Origin: Candidatus Moraniibacteriota bacterium
GTDB taxonomy: Bacteria; Patescibacteriota; Minisyncoccia; Moranbacterales; GCA-2747515
NCBI GenBank assembly: GCA_040772365.1
Contig: JAXGYI010000001.1
Span: 5,416-69,415 of the forward strand
Reading direction: 5' to 3'
DNA: 64,000 bases
This document shows positions 49,556 to 59,262 of the stretch, one piece after another. The first letter of the stretch is position 1; each line of letters starts with the position of its first letter. Both the position numbers and the translations under genes were made by a program. The notes beneath the pieces are model-generated. The model did no database searches, was not told the DNA's origin, and saw only the letters and a list, made by a program, of their open reading frames with translations.

Positions 49556-49619
49556 GGTCAGGAAAAAAGTGGTGGCATGCAATATATTGCAGTGTAATCC
49601 ACCATATAACAATACACAT

Positions 49620-49838
49620 ATGTCAGATGAAATGAAATGCCCAACATGCGGTTGCAAGTGCAGTGCCGCAGCAGTGGGCGCGGAACAACAAGCACCGGTT
49701 GTAGAAACACCCGATGCACCGCAAATGAAAAGCTTTCGTTTGCACCGCCAATCTATTCAGGACACAGAATTTGCCGTCTTGCTTGCGTTGGTCCCCGCGA
49801 TGACGATGACACTCTTTAACTTAATGGGACTGTTGTAA
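49620..49838 (+). CDS. small protein with N-terminal CPTCGCKC and C-terminal hydrophobic helix
   Basis: ATG 49620, 72 aa, followed by terminator 49864-49901. Confidence 0.75.
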   Translation: MSDEMKCPTCGCKCSAAAVGAEQQAPVVETPDAPQMKSFRLHRQSIQDTEFAVLLALVPAMTMTLFNLMGLL

Positions 49839-50072
49839 TTCACCATACGGTGATCTTCCAAACAAAACACCCTCCTTCTCGACCGGAAGGCGGGTGTTTT
49901 TTATCCGTGATAGGAATTTTTTTATATATCCCCGGACAGTACTAAAATCCAACCCAGGGCATGTCCTAAGATGGATCTTGCGCGCAATAAGAGTATTTCT
50001 AAAAAATATACATGTCACCACAGGATGGGAAGTCTGAGCTAATCAGACAATTGGACAGAACGTGTGAAAAAT

Positions 50073-50310
50073 AAAAAACCCGCCATGTCCTATACGAAGG
50101 AGTGGCGGGTATCTTTCTAGTATTTTTATTTTTACAAGTCTACACAATCATAGGCATCACCTCCTCGATAATTCGGCTGGTGTCATGTGGTATAAGAGAG
50201 CACGTCGTTATTGACGCAAGCTCTTGACCACATGATACCCATGCATAGTTGACCCATGCATAGTTGTGTGCTGTATGTGATTGTTAAAATAACGACACTC
50301 ATACCATAAC
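50073..50310 (-). ncRNA. candidate structured RNA with 10-nt SD and 3-codon mini-ORF
   Basis: Consensus promoter 50316-50344; AGGAGGTGAT at 50156-50165; ATG ATT GTG TAG at 50140-50151; terminator 50073-50110. Confidence 0.55.
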
Positions 50311-50497
50311 GGCATATTATAGCACTATAGTACAATCTTGTCAATAGCACAAAACCGCATAAAATGCACATTTTTTGACAGGGGACGATGCCGTGCTATA
50401 GACAATCCCTCTCACGGACCATTCCCACAGGATTTTTTGTGATCCATTGGCTCGGAGCTATTGGCGGGTATTGCGAAATATATGACGTGCTGCCAAT

Positions 50498-50784
50498 AAA
50501 AAAACCGCATGTCGCGGATGATAGGTGGCTCAATTTTAAGAGCGAGGCTGTAGATACAACATCGCTCTTGGAAGCAGGGGAGCCTCGTAAGGCTATGTTG
50601 GTCATTTTACGACCATTGTCTTGAAGGTCTCATCGTACCCTACTTCCCTAAATGTTTTTTCGCCCTGGCAAAGGGCATTCGCGCTATGCGCATGTGAGAT
50701 TTTTTTTCATAGGCATTACTCCTATAAAAAAATGAATAAAGAGAACCCTCTTAAAATCTAGAGAATTCACCCAAATCTCTACAT
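50498..50784 (-). ncRNA. candidate structured RNA with SD and 8-codon mini-ORF
   Basis: Promoter TTGCAT-17-TATAAT 50791-50819; AGGAG at 50719-50723; MKKNLTCA at 50684-50710; multibranch stems; short terminator 50498-50517. Confidence 0.45.
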
Positions 50785-50947
50785 ATTCTAATTATAGCAC
50801 ACTTTTGCATTGTATGCAAGCGACGTGGGAATTAGCGCGTGAAGGGTGTAGACATTTTTTTTGGAAAATGGTACTGACTGGCGGTATGTGCATGTACAAA
50901 AAGAAAAAGCGAGTGGAGGGCACTCGCTTTTTGCTGGATTGTACATG

Positions 50948-53401
50948 CTATAAGATGGTAGCGGCGGCAATGGTGTCACTGGCGCGGGGCTTCATGATGC
51001 GCACACCTTGGGTTGCACGGGAGAGTGTAGAGATATCTTTGAGGGGTGTGCGGATGATTTGTCCGGCGGCGCTGGTGATGATGATGTCGCTGTTGTCATC
51101 TGTGCTGACGACGTAGGCGCTAACAATCGGACCGGTTTTTGGCGTAATTTTTGCTGTTTTGATGCCGCTGCCGCCACGTCCTTGGATCTTGTATTGTGAC
51201 ATCGGTGTCTTTTTGCCGTAGCCGTTAGCCGTGAGGATGAAGAGTGCAGTACCTTTTTGCTTGGCAAACATCACATCCATGCCGATGACGTAATCATCGC
51301 TGTGTAGGCGGATACCGCGCACGCCGCCGGCATTGCGCCCCATGGCGCGCACGTTGGCTTCTTTGAAGTGGATGGCCTGTCCGCGTGCCGTGGAGAGAAT
51401 CACGGTGTCTTTGCCGGTTGTGGGCTTAACCCAGCGTAGTTGATCGTCTTTGCCTAATGTGATGGCGATGAGACCGTTGCGACGCACGTTGCTGAAGTCT
51501 TTGATTTTGACTTTTTTTACAACGCCGCGCAGTGTTGTCATGAAGAGGAAAGAGAACTGATCGTCTTTGTTGAATGGAATAATGGCAGTAATGCGCTCTT
51601 CTTGCGACAATTGGAGGAAGTTGACAATAGCATTGCCCTTGGCTGTGCGAGCGGATTCGGGGATTTCATAGGCCTTGGTCTGGTAGACTTTGCCGGTATT
51701 TGTGAAAAAGAAGAGATCATCATGTGTCATGATCGACAGCATATGCGCCACGCTAGTGTCTTCTTTAGTGGCGGCACCAATCACACCTTTGCCGCCGCGT
51801 TTTTGTACGCGGTAGACATCGGGATTCATACGTTTGATGTAGCCATCTGTGGTGAGTGTGATGATAGCTTCTTCGTTGGGGACAAGGTCTTCTTGCTTGA
51901 ATTCACCGACGGCGGATTTGAAGACTTTGGTACGACGTGCGTCGCCGTATTTGTCAGCAAGCTCTTGCAGCTCGTCTTTCACGATCTGTTTTTGCAATTT
52001 TTCACTTTTCAAAATGGCCTCCAGTTGTTTGATGAGGCGTAATTTTTCCTTGAGTTCATCTTCCAGTTTTTTACGTTCTAGCCCTGCCAGTGTTTGCAGG
52101 CGCATTTCCAAGATGGCGGTTGCTTGGACATCGGAAAATTTAAAGCGTTTACGCAAATTGTCGTGAGCTGTTTCTTTGGTGCGTGATTTCTTGATGGTGT
52201 CAATGACTTCGTCGATGTGGTCAAGTGCCGTACAGAGTCCTTCCAAGATATGTGCTCGTTCGCGTGCGCGGTCCAAGTCAAACTGTGTGCGGCGCACCAC
52301 AACGTCGCGACGGTGGATAATGTAGTATTCCAAAATTTCTTTGAGGTTCAGGATACGTGGTTCAATGCCATCCACAAGCGCAAGCATGTTGACGTTGAAG
52401 TTTTTTTGCAAATCTGTGTAGGAGTAGAGTTTATTGAGGACCTTTTGCGGATAAGCCTCTCTCTTGAGGTCAATGACGATACGTACACCGTCTTTATTAG
52501 ATTCATCGCGTAAGTTTTTGACACCAAGGATTTTTTTATCTTTAACGAGTGTAGCAATTTTTTCAATCAACGTTGCTTTATTCGTTAGATAAGTCATTTC
52601 TGTCACAATAATGGAGAACTGTCCGCTCTTGCTCTCTACGATATCTGCTTTTGCACGCATTGTGATTCTGCCATGTCCCGTGGCGTAGGCTTCGCGAATT
52701 TCGTTGTGGTTGTAGATCATGCCACCGGTGGGAAAGTCTGGACCGGGGATGAACTGCATCAGATCATCAGTATCTGCCTTAGGGTTGTCAACAAGGTGCG
52801 CGATGGCACTGGTGAGTTCGCGGAGGTTGTGCGTGGGGATGTTCGTAGCCATACCCACAGCAATACCCATGGTGCCGTTCAGGAGGAGTTGTGGCAGTTT
52901 TGCCGGCAGGACAGTGGGCTCTTGGTGGACGCCGTCAAAGTTCGGCTGGAAGTCTACGGTATTCTTTTCAATATCCAGAAGGATTTCGTCGGCAATTGGC
53001 ATGAGTTTTGCTTCGGTATAGCGATATGCAGCCGCGCTGTCACCATCCATGGATCCAAAGTTGCCTTGCCCCCAGATGAGTGGATAGCGCATGGAGAAAT
53101 CTTGTGCCATACGTACCATGGTGTCGTAGACAGCAGTGTCGCCATGCGGGTGATATTTTCCCAGCACTTCACCAACAACGGTCGCGCTTTTACGAAACTT
53201 TGCTGTGGAGCGTAGGCCTGTTTTCCACATGGAATACAGAATACGACGGTGCACAGGCTTGAGGCCGTCGCGTACATCTGGAAGTGCGCGTGCAATGATG
53301 ACGCTCATAGCATATTCCATGTAGGATTTTTGCATTTCTTCCACAATAGGTTGTGGGGTAATATCTGTGGGCTCGTGCAGTCGTGCAGGTTTTTTTGTCA
53401 T
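50948..53401 (-). CDS. gyrA: DNA gyrase subunit A
   Basis: [29 protein letters not shown], GyrA-box QKRGGKG. Confidence 0.97.
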   Translation of the reverse strand: MTKKPARLHEPTDITPQPIVEEMQKSYMEYAMSVIIARALPDVRDGLKPVHRRILYSMWKTGLRSTAKFRKSATVVGEVLGKYHPHGDTAVYDTMVRMAQDFSMRYPLIWGQGNFGSMDGDSAAAYRYTEAKLMPIADEILLDIEKNTVDFQPNFDGVHQEPTVLPAKLPQLLLNGTMGIAVGMATNIPTHNLRELTSAIAHLVDNPKADTDDLMQFIPGPDFPTGGMIYNHNEIREAYATGHGRITMRAKADIVESKSGQFSIIVTEMTYLTNKATLIEKIATLVKDKKILGVKNLRDESNKDGVRIVIDLKREAYPQKVLNKLYSYTDLQKNFNVNMLALVDGIEPRILNLKEILEYYIIHRRDVVVRRTQFDLDRARERAHILEGLCTALDHIDEVIDTIKKSRTKETAHDNLRKRFKFSDVQATAILEMRLQTLAGLERKKLEDELKEKLRLIKQLEAILKSEKLQKQIVKDELQELADKYGDARRTKVFKSAVGEFKQEDLVPNEEAIITLTTDGYIKRMNPDVYRVQKRGGKGVIGAATKEDTSVAHMLSIMTHDDLFFFTNTGKVYQTKAYEIPESARTAKGNAIVNFLQLSQEERITAIIPFNKDDQFSFLFMTTLRGVVKKVKIKDFSNVRRNGLIAITLGKDDQLRWVKPTTGKDTVILSTARGQAIHFKEANVRAMGRNAGGVRGIRLHSDDYVIGMDVMFAKQKGTALFILTANGYGKKTPMSQYKIQGRGGSGIKTAKITPKTGPIVSAYVVSTDDNSDIIITSAAGQIIRTPLKDISTLSRATQGVRIMKPRASDTIAAATIL

Positions 53402-53565
53402 AAGAGTATTTTAGTGATTGCAGGTTAAGATAATACGAAAAAAAAGAGAAAAACACCATGGGACATGTGTGATGTTCTTTCAGTTGTCTATACTTTTTTG
53501 TGTTGCTCTCATGCGACAGTCATTCCCCCGGGGGACGCTGCATGTCGCATGAAAGCAGCACGTGT

Positions 53566-53865
53566 CTACTGTGAGAGTGTATCAGGTTGGGAAAGTAGGT
53601 CGCTAATAGATACGTTACTGTCTTGCTGTTGTATGCGCTGCGTTGGTTCATTCATATTCTGCTGCATGTGTTGCTGAAAGCTTTCAATAGTAGCCTGTGA
53701 ACGATCGTTATTGCGTAGAACAGCAATATTGATGCGAATGGACATGATCCAGATGATGATGATCAGGATCATGGAGACAGCTAATGCTCCCCACATATAG
53801 CGCAAACGTACATGTTCTGGTTGCTGACGAATGTCGTGAATTTTTTTTTCCAGTGTTTCAAACAT
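53566..53865 (-). CDS. small single-TM hypothetical protein
   Basis: QPEHVRLRY followed by TM helix. Confidence 0.7.
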   Translation of the reverse strand: MFETLEKKIHDIRQQPEHVRLRYMWGALAVSMILIIIIWIMSIRINIAVLRNNDRSQATIESFQQHMQQNMNEPTQRIQQQDSNVSISDLLSQPDTLSQ

Positions 53866-53870
53866 AGTGG

Positions 53871-54533
53871 TTATACAACAGCAAGTGTAACAATACGCAT
53901 GCTAACATTTTCAATATCTGACTTTCTTACCGTGTATTTTTCTTCAGTTGTTTTTGGGCAGTTGCCGATTTCGTCACAGAAGTCATCAGGAGAACGTAGT
54001 TGTGTGGATGTGACGCCTTTGGTCTTGTAGTGAATGGGTATAATGATGCGCGGTTCAATTTTACGTGCAAGGGTTTCCGCAGATTTTCCATCAAGTCCTT
54101 CTTGATCGCCAACAGGAAGCAGGAGGATGTCGATGTCATTGAGGATATCCATTACGTGCGGTGGAGGGTCCATGCCAATACCGCCGAGGTAGGCGACTTT
54201 CATGTCTTCCACATCTACAACAAAGACAACGGTATTACCGCGTGTGATGCCACCACGCAGATCAGCAGGGGCATCTCGCCCAATGATATTGATGCCCTTG
54301 GCGGAAAATTCGCCTGGACGATCGAGTACAATAGCGTCACCCCGTAGTCCGGAAGCGTGATTAAACATCGGATCATCTAATGGTACGAGGACAATGTCTG
54401 CACTGCTTTGTAGAGGACGTAGCCCAAAATCTTTACTGTATGGTGCAAAAACGATTGTCGCATCATCACTGCCACGCCCGGCAGTTTTGGCAATCAGTTT
54501 CACACAGGAAAGTCCATGGTAAGTAATATGCAT
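53871..54533 (-). CDS. MBL-fold metallo-hydrolase-like protein (degenerate metal site)
   Basis: MHITYHGLSC, PGEF, IDILLLPVG, IIIPIHY; the usual SHxHxDH motif is replaced. Confidence 0.8.
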   Translation of the reverse strand: MHITYHGLSCVKLIAKTAGRGSDDATIVFAPYSKDFGLRPLQSSADIVLVPLDDPMFNHASGLRGDAIVLDRPGEFSAKGINIIGRDAPADLRGGITRGNTVVFVVDVEDMKVAYLGGIGMDPPPHVMDILNDIDILLLPVGDQEGLDGKSAETLARKIEPRIIIPIHYKTKGVTSTQLRSPDDFCDEIGNCPKTTEEKYTVRKSDIENVSMRIVTLAVV

Positions 54534-54735
54534 AACAGAAAATAAATCAGATAATAGAGGTTTTATGTGCCATTACGGCACCATCTATACTTTTCAATGG
54601 TAGCATGTTTACTACTGTTCGTCCATATCCTGTGGCTCTTTCGTGTCTTTGGATGTTTCACATAGGCACATATACTAAAGTCATGTACAATGAAGATACA
54701 CGCCATTGAGGGTGCAGTATTTGTAATAAAAAATT

Positions 54736-55599
54736 ATGCATACACTACGTGAAGTATTGACGCAGGCGCGACAGCAGGGTATTGCCGTCGGACATTTTAA
54801 TATTTCCAACCTAGAAACGCTATGGGCGATTTTTGAAGCGGCACGCGATCTGAAACAACCGGTGATTATCGGCGTATCGGAGGGAGAGCGTGCGTTTGTA
54901 GGTGCGCGACAGGCCGCAGTGCTGGTGAAGAGTTTGCGCGATACGTATGACTATCCAATTTTTATGAACGCCGATCACACACATGATATTGCAGGCATTG
55001 TGGAAACGCTTGATGCGGATTTTGATAGCGTGATGATTGACGGATCACAGTTGTCGTTTGATGATAACGTCGCCATCACAAAAGAATGTGTGCGCTTGGC
55101 GCAGGAACGTAGTACACAGGCGGGGCGAGAAATTCTCACCGAAGCGGAGCTGGGCTATATCGGGACATCGTCGGCGATTTTAGATGCAATTCCCGAGGGT
55201 GCCGGTGCGGACATGACGGTGCCAGAGGTTGCGGCGCAATTTGTGGAGGCAACGGGTGTGGATATTTTTGCACCATCGGTGGGAAATATTCACGGTATTG
55301 TCACGAGTGGCAATCCGCACATTGACGTGGATCGCGTACGTGCCATTGCAGATGCGACGTCGGCGTATTTGGTGTTGCATGGTGGCAGCGGTATCAGTGA
55401 TGCGGATATTCGCAATGGGATTGCGGCAGGCATTGCCATTGTACATGTCAATACGGAGTTGCGTGTGGCTTTTCGTGGTGGTGTGGAGCAGGGCTTGGCG
55501 GCAGATCCAACAGTAGCGCCCTATAAGTTTATGGCGCCGGCACGTAAAGCAGTGTATGACGTCGTGCATCAAAAAATACGTCTTTTTGCCAACCTCTGA
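54736..55599 (+). CDS. fba: class II fructose-bisphosphate aldolase
   Basis: NADH, SVMIDGS, GNIHG, VLHGGSG. Confidence 0.93.
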   Translation: MHTLREVLTQARQQGIAVGHFNISNLETLWAIFEAARDLKQPVIIGVSEGERAFVGARQAAVLVKSLRDTYDYPIFMNADHTHDIAGIVETLDADFDSVMIDGSQLSFDDNVAITKECVRLAQERSTQAGREILTEAELGYIGTSSAILDAIPEGAGADMTVPEVAAQFVEATGVDIFAPSVGNIHGIVTSGNPHIDVDRVRAIADATSAYLVLHGGSGISDADIRNGIAAGIAIVHVNTELRVAFRGGVEQGLAADPTVAPYKFMAPARKAVYDVVHQKIRLFANL

Positions 55600-55617
55600 T
55601 AACGTTTTGAGATTTTT

Positions 55618-56769
55618 ATGACATTTCAGGTGACACAAAAGCGTGATGCGGCACGTATAGGCATGTTGACGACACGTCATGGCGCTTTGACGACACCGTT
55701 TTTCATGCCGGATGCCACGCGTGCAAGTGTGCGTGGGCTGACAAATGCACAGCTGCGCAGCGTGGGTGTGGTGCCAATGGTGGTGAACACCTATCATCTT
55801 TTACTACAGCCCGGCATGGATCTCGTGCGCGGTGCTGGCGGTATACACAACTTTATGCAGTGGGATGGTCCACTGCTGTCGGATAGTGGTGGCTATCAAG
55901 TGTACTCATTGATTCACAAAAATGCCGCACTAGGGAAGATTACAGAGGATGGCGCTGTTTTTAAAAGTGTTTTGGATGGGCGCACACATGTGTTGACGCC
56001 GGAAAAGGCCATCCGCATTCAATTTGATCTTGGCGTGGATATGATGGTCATGCTCGATGATCCGCGTCCCAATGATGCGACACGGACGGTGTTTGAGGAT
56101 GCTGTGGAGCGTACGATACGATGGGCGCAGCGGTGCAAGGATGAGTATGATCGTCACGTTGCGGCGCGTGACATGGATGAGGCATCACGACCGTTGCTGT
56201 TTGGCGTTGTCCAGGGTGGTCCATTTGCGGATTTACGCGCGCGATGTGCTCACGCACTGCATGCTATTGGCTGTGACGGCTATGGCTTTGGCGGGCGACA
56301 CGTGGATATGGACGGGCGATTGATGGAGGAGATTATTACACATACTGCGGCAAGCATTACTCCTGATGCGCCACGGTTTGCACTTGGCATCGGCACACCG
56401 TCGGATATCGTGCGTTGCCATGCGGTTGGGTGGGACCTGTTTGACTGTGTGATTCCCACACGTGAGGGACGGCATGGGCGGTTGTTTGTGTACACACATA
56501 CGGACCATGCGCAGATGCACAGTGCGCCGGATGATTTTTATCACACCATCAATATTGCCAATGCGCAGTATCGGCAAGACTTTTCGCCGATTGATCCAAC
56601 ATGCACATGCTATGCATGTACAAACCATACGCGAGCATACATCCAACACCTGTTTCGCGTTGGCGAGCCGCTTGGGGCGCAATTGGCAGCATTGCATAAT
56701 TTGCGATTTTTTGTACGATTGATGGAGATGCTGCAACATCTTTCAATCGAGCCGCGTCATAACACATAG
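55618..56769 (+). CDS. tgt: tRNA-guanine transglycosylase
   Basis: NTYHL, DSGGYQ, FDCVIPTR, CxCxxC...H zinc site. Confidence 0.92.
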   Translation: MTFQVTQKRDAARIGMLTTRHGALTTPFFMPDATRASVRGLTNAQLRSVGVVPMVVNTYHLLLQPGMDLVRGAGGIHNFMQWDGPLLSDSGGYQVYSLIHKNAALGKITEDGAVFKSVLDGRTHVLTPEKAIRIQFDLGVDMMVMLDDPRPNDATRTVFEDAVERTIRWAQRCKDEYDRHVAARDMDEASRPLLFGVVQGGPFADLRARCAHALHAIGCDGYGFGGRHVDMDGRLMEEIITHTAASITPDAPRFALGIGTPSDIVRCHAVGWDLFDCVIPTREGRHGRLFVYTHTDHAQMHSAPDDFYHTINIANAQYRQDFSPIDPTCTCYACTNHTRAYIQHLFRVGEPLGAQLAALHNLRFFVRLMEMLQHLSIEPRHNT

Positions 56770-56774
56770 AACTT

Positions 56775-57503
56775 ATGTTTACATTTTTTGAGGAACATGA
56801 AAAAATTATCGGGGCAATGTCAACAGCGCAGGATGGCAACATGAAGCTCCGTGACGACCATGCCCAAGACGATATTATACAAAACCGTAAAACGTTTTAT
56901 GACAAGCTACGCATACCGCATGAGCGTGTTGTGTCAGCTGGTATTACGCATGGGGCATCAGTTGCTATCGTGCCAGATGTGGCACGTACGTGGTATCCGC
57001 AAACAGATGCACTCGTCACGCGCGCCACGGAGACATACCTTGCGATTACGACGGCAGATTGTTTTCCCGTGCTGCTGTACGATCCACATGCAGAAGTCAT
57101 TGGCATTGCGCATGCGGGGTGGCGCGGTATCGTGACGCATATTGTGCCAAAAACCATTACCATGATGGAATCCATTGGCGCTAGTCGTGATGCTATTCAC
57201 ATGGAAATCGGTCCCGGTATTTCACAAAATAGCTTTGAATTTGACTTTAGAGAAATGATTACGCACTTTGGTCTGTACAACCAGGATAAGTACATCGTAC
57301 CTGGAAGCACCATTGAAAAAGTGCGTGTTAATTTGCAGCAGATCATTTTGGATCAAGCGACGCAGGCCGGCTTGCAGCTACATGATATTAAAGGGTGTTC
57401 GGCGTGTACATTTTTGGATGAATCACTCTATTCGGCACGGCGCCATGGCGGTGACTCATTTAGCGCCATGGTGAGTGTCTTGGGGATGCGTAGCAATGCG
57501 TAA
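56775..57503 (+). CDS. pgeF: PgeF/YfiH family protein
   Basis: THG, TADC, HAGWRG, IGPGI. Confidence 0.9.
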   Translation: MFTFFEEHEKIIGAMSTAQDGNMKLRDDHAQDDIIQNRKTFYDKLRIPHERVVSAGITHGASVAIVPDVARTWYPQTDALVTRATETYLAITTADCFPVLLYDPHAEVIGIAHAGWRGIVTHIVPKTITMMESIGASRDAIHMEIGPGISQNSFEFDFREMITHFGLYNQDKYIVPGSTIEKVRVNLQQIILDQATQAGLQLHDIKGCSACTFLDESLYSARRHGGDSFSAMVSVLGMRSNA

Positions 57504-57643
57504 GTCTGAAAAATATTGCGCACGATCAAGCAACACAGGGCTCACGTGCAGATGCGTGAACCTATAAAGTTGTCAAAATAGTTTTTTGTGCGTAGAATAG
57601 ATGAAATTACACATGAAATACCGTTATTTACGTATAGCGCCCT

Positions 57644-58768
57644 ATGGCAAACGAAAATCTCACCAAGGCAAAAAACGCCAAAAACGACGAGTTCTATACG
57701 CAATTTGAAGATATCCAAAAAGAGATCAACGCGTATTTGGAATACGACCCCGATACCTTTCGGGACAAAGTCGTCTATTGCAACTGCGATGATCCCTATG
57801 AAAGCAAATTCTTTCAATACTTCGTGCTTAATTTCAAAGTTTTGGGACTCAAAAGCCTCATCACCACCAGCTACAAGCCTTCTCCCATTGCCAATACACA
57901 ACTATCCCTCTTTGGCGATCACAAAACCATTCGTCCCAAAAAAGGACGTCCAAAAGTCACTGCCAACCGCTTTATTCTCAATGATGTGGGGGATTATAAC
58001 AACGATGGTGCATTCAACGCCAAGGACGTCGCACTGCAACTACAAGAAAACAAAAACAACGAATGGGCACCACTTGAAGGAGATGGTGATTTTCGCTCTG
58101 AAGAGTGCATCGATCTTCTTCGGCAAGCAGATATTGTCGTGACCAATCCGCCTTTTTCACTCTTTCGGGAATACATAAAGCAATTGTCAGACTATGAGAA
58201 AAAATTTGTAATTATTGGAAATAAAAACATCATAACCTATAAGGAAGTTTTTCCTCTTATTAAAAACAATAAAATGTGGGTTGGTGCAACTAGTTTTAAT
58301 AAGGACATTCTTTTTATAGCTCCGCCAAATGCTGATCTTAGCAGTAAACCAAGAACGGCAATTCGGGAAGTAGATGGTGTTACCTATTTACGGTCGCCTT
58401 CTGTTTGGTTTACTAATCTTGACCACGGGCGACGTCATCAGTCACTTGAATTAATGTCTATGGCAGATAACCGTAGATTTAACAAAAAAGTTGCTAAAAG
58501 TAAGACTGCATATAAAAAATATGATAATTACGACGCAATTGAAGTGCCGTTTACTGATGCGATTCCTAAAGACTACGATGGCGTGATGGGCGTGCCAATT
58601 TCATTTCTTGATAAATACAATCCAGATCAGTTTGAGATTTTGGGAGCGACAGAAAGCGAGGGTAGAGGTTTTTCAAATGGACTTTGGGACGAATCAAGTA
58701 AAGTTTCACAGCCGCTTGTAGGCGGTGGCAGGGTTTACAAAAGGATTTTTATTAGGTTTAAGAGGTAA
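57644..58768 (+). CDS. EcoRI-family adenine-specific DNA methyltransferase
   Basis: KNDEFYT, VYCNCDDP, GDFRS, VTNPPFS, GVMGVPISFLDKYNP. Confidence 0.9.
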   Translation: MANENLTKAKNAKNDEFYTQFEDIQKEINAYLEYDPDTFRDKVVYCNCDDPYESKFFQYFVLNFKVLGLKSLITTSYKPSPIANTQLSLFGDHKTIRPKKGRPKVTANRFILNDVGDYNNDGAFNAKDVALQLQENKNNEWAPLEGDGDFRSEECIDLLRQADIVVTNPPFSLFREYIKQLSDYEKKFVIIGNKNIITYKEVFPLIKNNKMWVGATSFNKDILFIAPPNADLSSKPRTAIREVDGVTYLRSPSVWFTNLDHGRRHQSLELMSMADNRRFNKKVAKSKTAYKKYDNYDAIEVPFTDAIPKDYDGVMGVPISFLDKYNPDQFEILGATESEGRGFSNGLWDESSKVSQPLVGGGRVYKRIFIRFKR

Positions 58769-58780
58769 ATTTTACAAATT

Positions 58781-59230
58781 ATGGAAACAGGATATCTGTG
58801 GCCAATAGCTTTGGCTGTTGTGGGATCTGGTTTTGTGTCAACTATTTTGACAATTGCCAATAGTTGGGCAAAGGATTATTTCTTAGCAAAAAGAGAAGCG
58901 AAAGACGATGTTTTTAAGATTAGAAAAGATATACATAATGATTTTGTTGAATACATGGATTTTTTATATAAAAATGATTTATCAGACAATGAAAGAGCCA
59001 AAAAGAAATACCATTTTTTGAAGACCTACAGAATGATTTTTTTATATTCTGCCGATGAGGATGTGAAAAAAATAAATAAAATGATTGAAGCAAATATAGA
59101 CCTTGTACAAAAAGATGATCCGTACATGCAAGACAAGAAAAATAAAGTTGCTGAAAGTTTTTTACAACTAAGAAAACACACAATAAAAGATACGTCTTTG
59201 AGTGTGGATGATTTTCTGCATATAACTTAA
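58781..59230 (+). CDS. low-GC hypothetical protein with N-terminal TM helix
   Basis: 149-aa ORF 12 bp after the MTase stop. Confidence 0.75.
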   Translation: METGYLWPIALAVVGSGFVSTILTIANSWAKDYFLAKREAKDDVFKIRKDIHNDFVEYMDFLYKNDLSDNERAKKKYHFLKTYRMIFLYSADEDVKKINKMIEANIDLVQKDDPYMQDKKNKVAESFLQLRKHTIKDTSLSVDDFLHIT

Positions 59231-59262
59231 TAGACGCGTGGCATAATAAGGAGGTGAATTGT

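Noticed and set aside
50570-50647. Hammerhead ribozyme
   Set aside because: CGATGAG only partly resembles CUGAUGA and the GAAA core is missing
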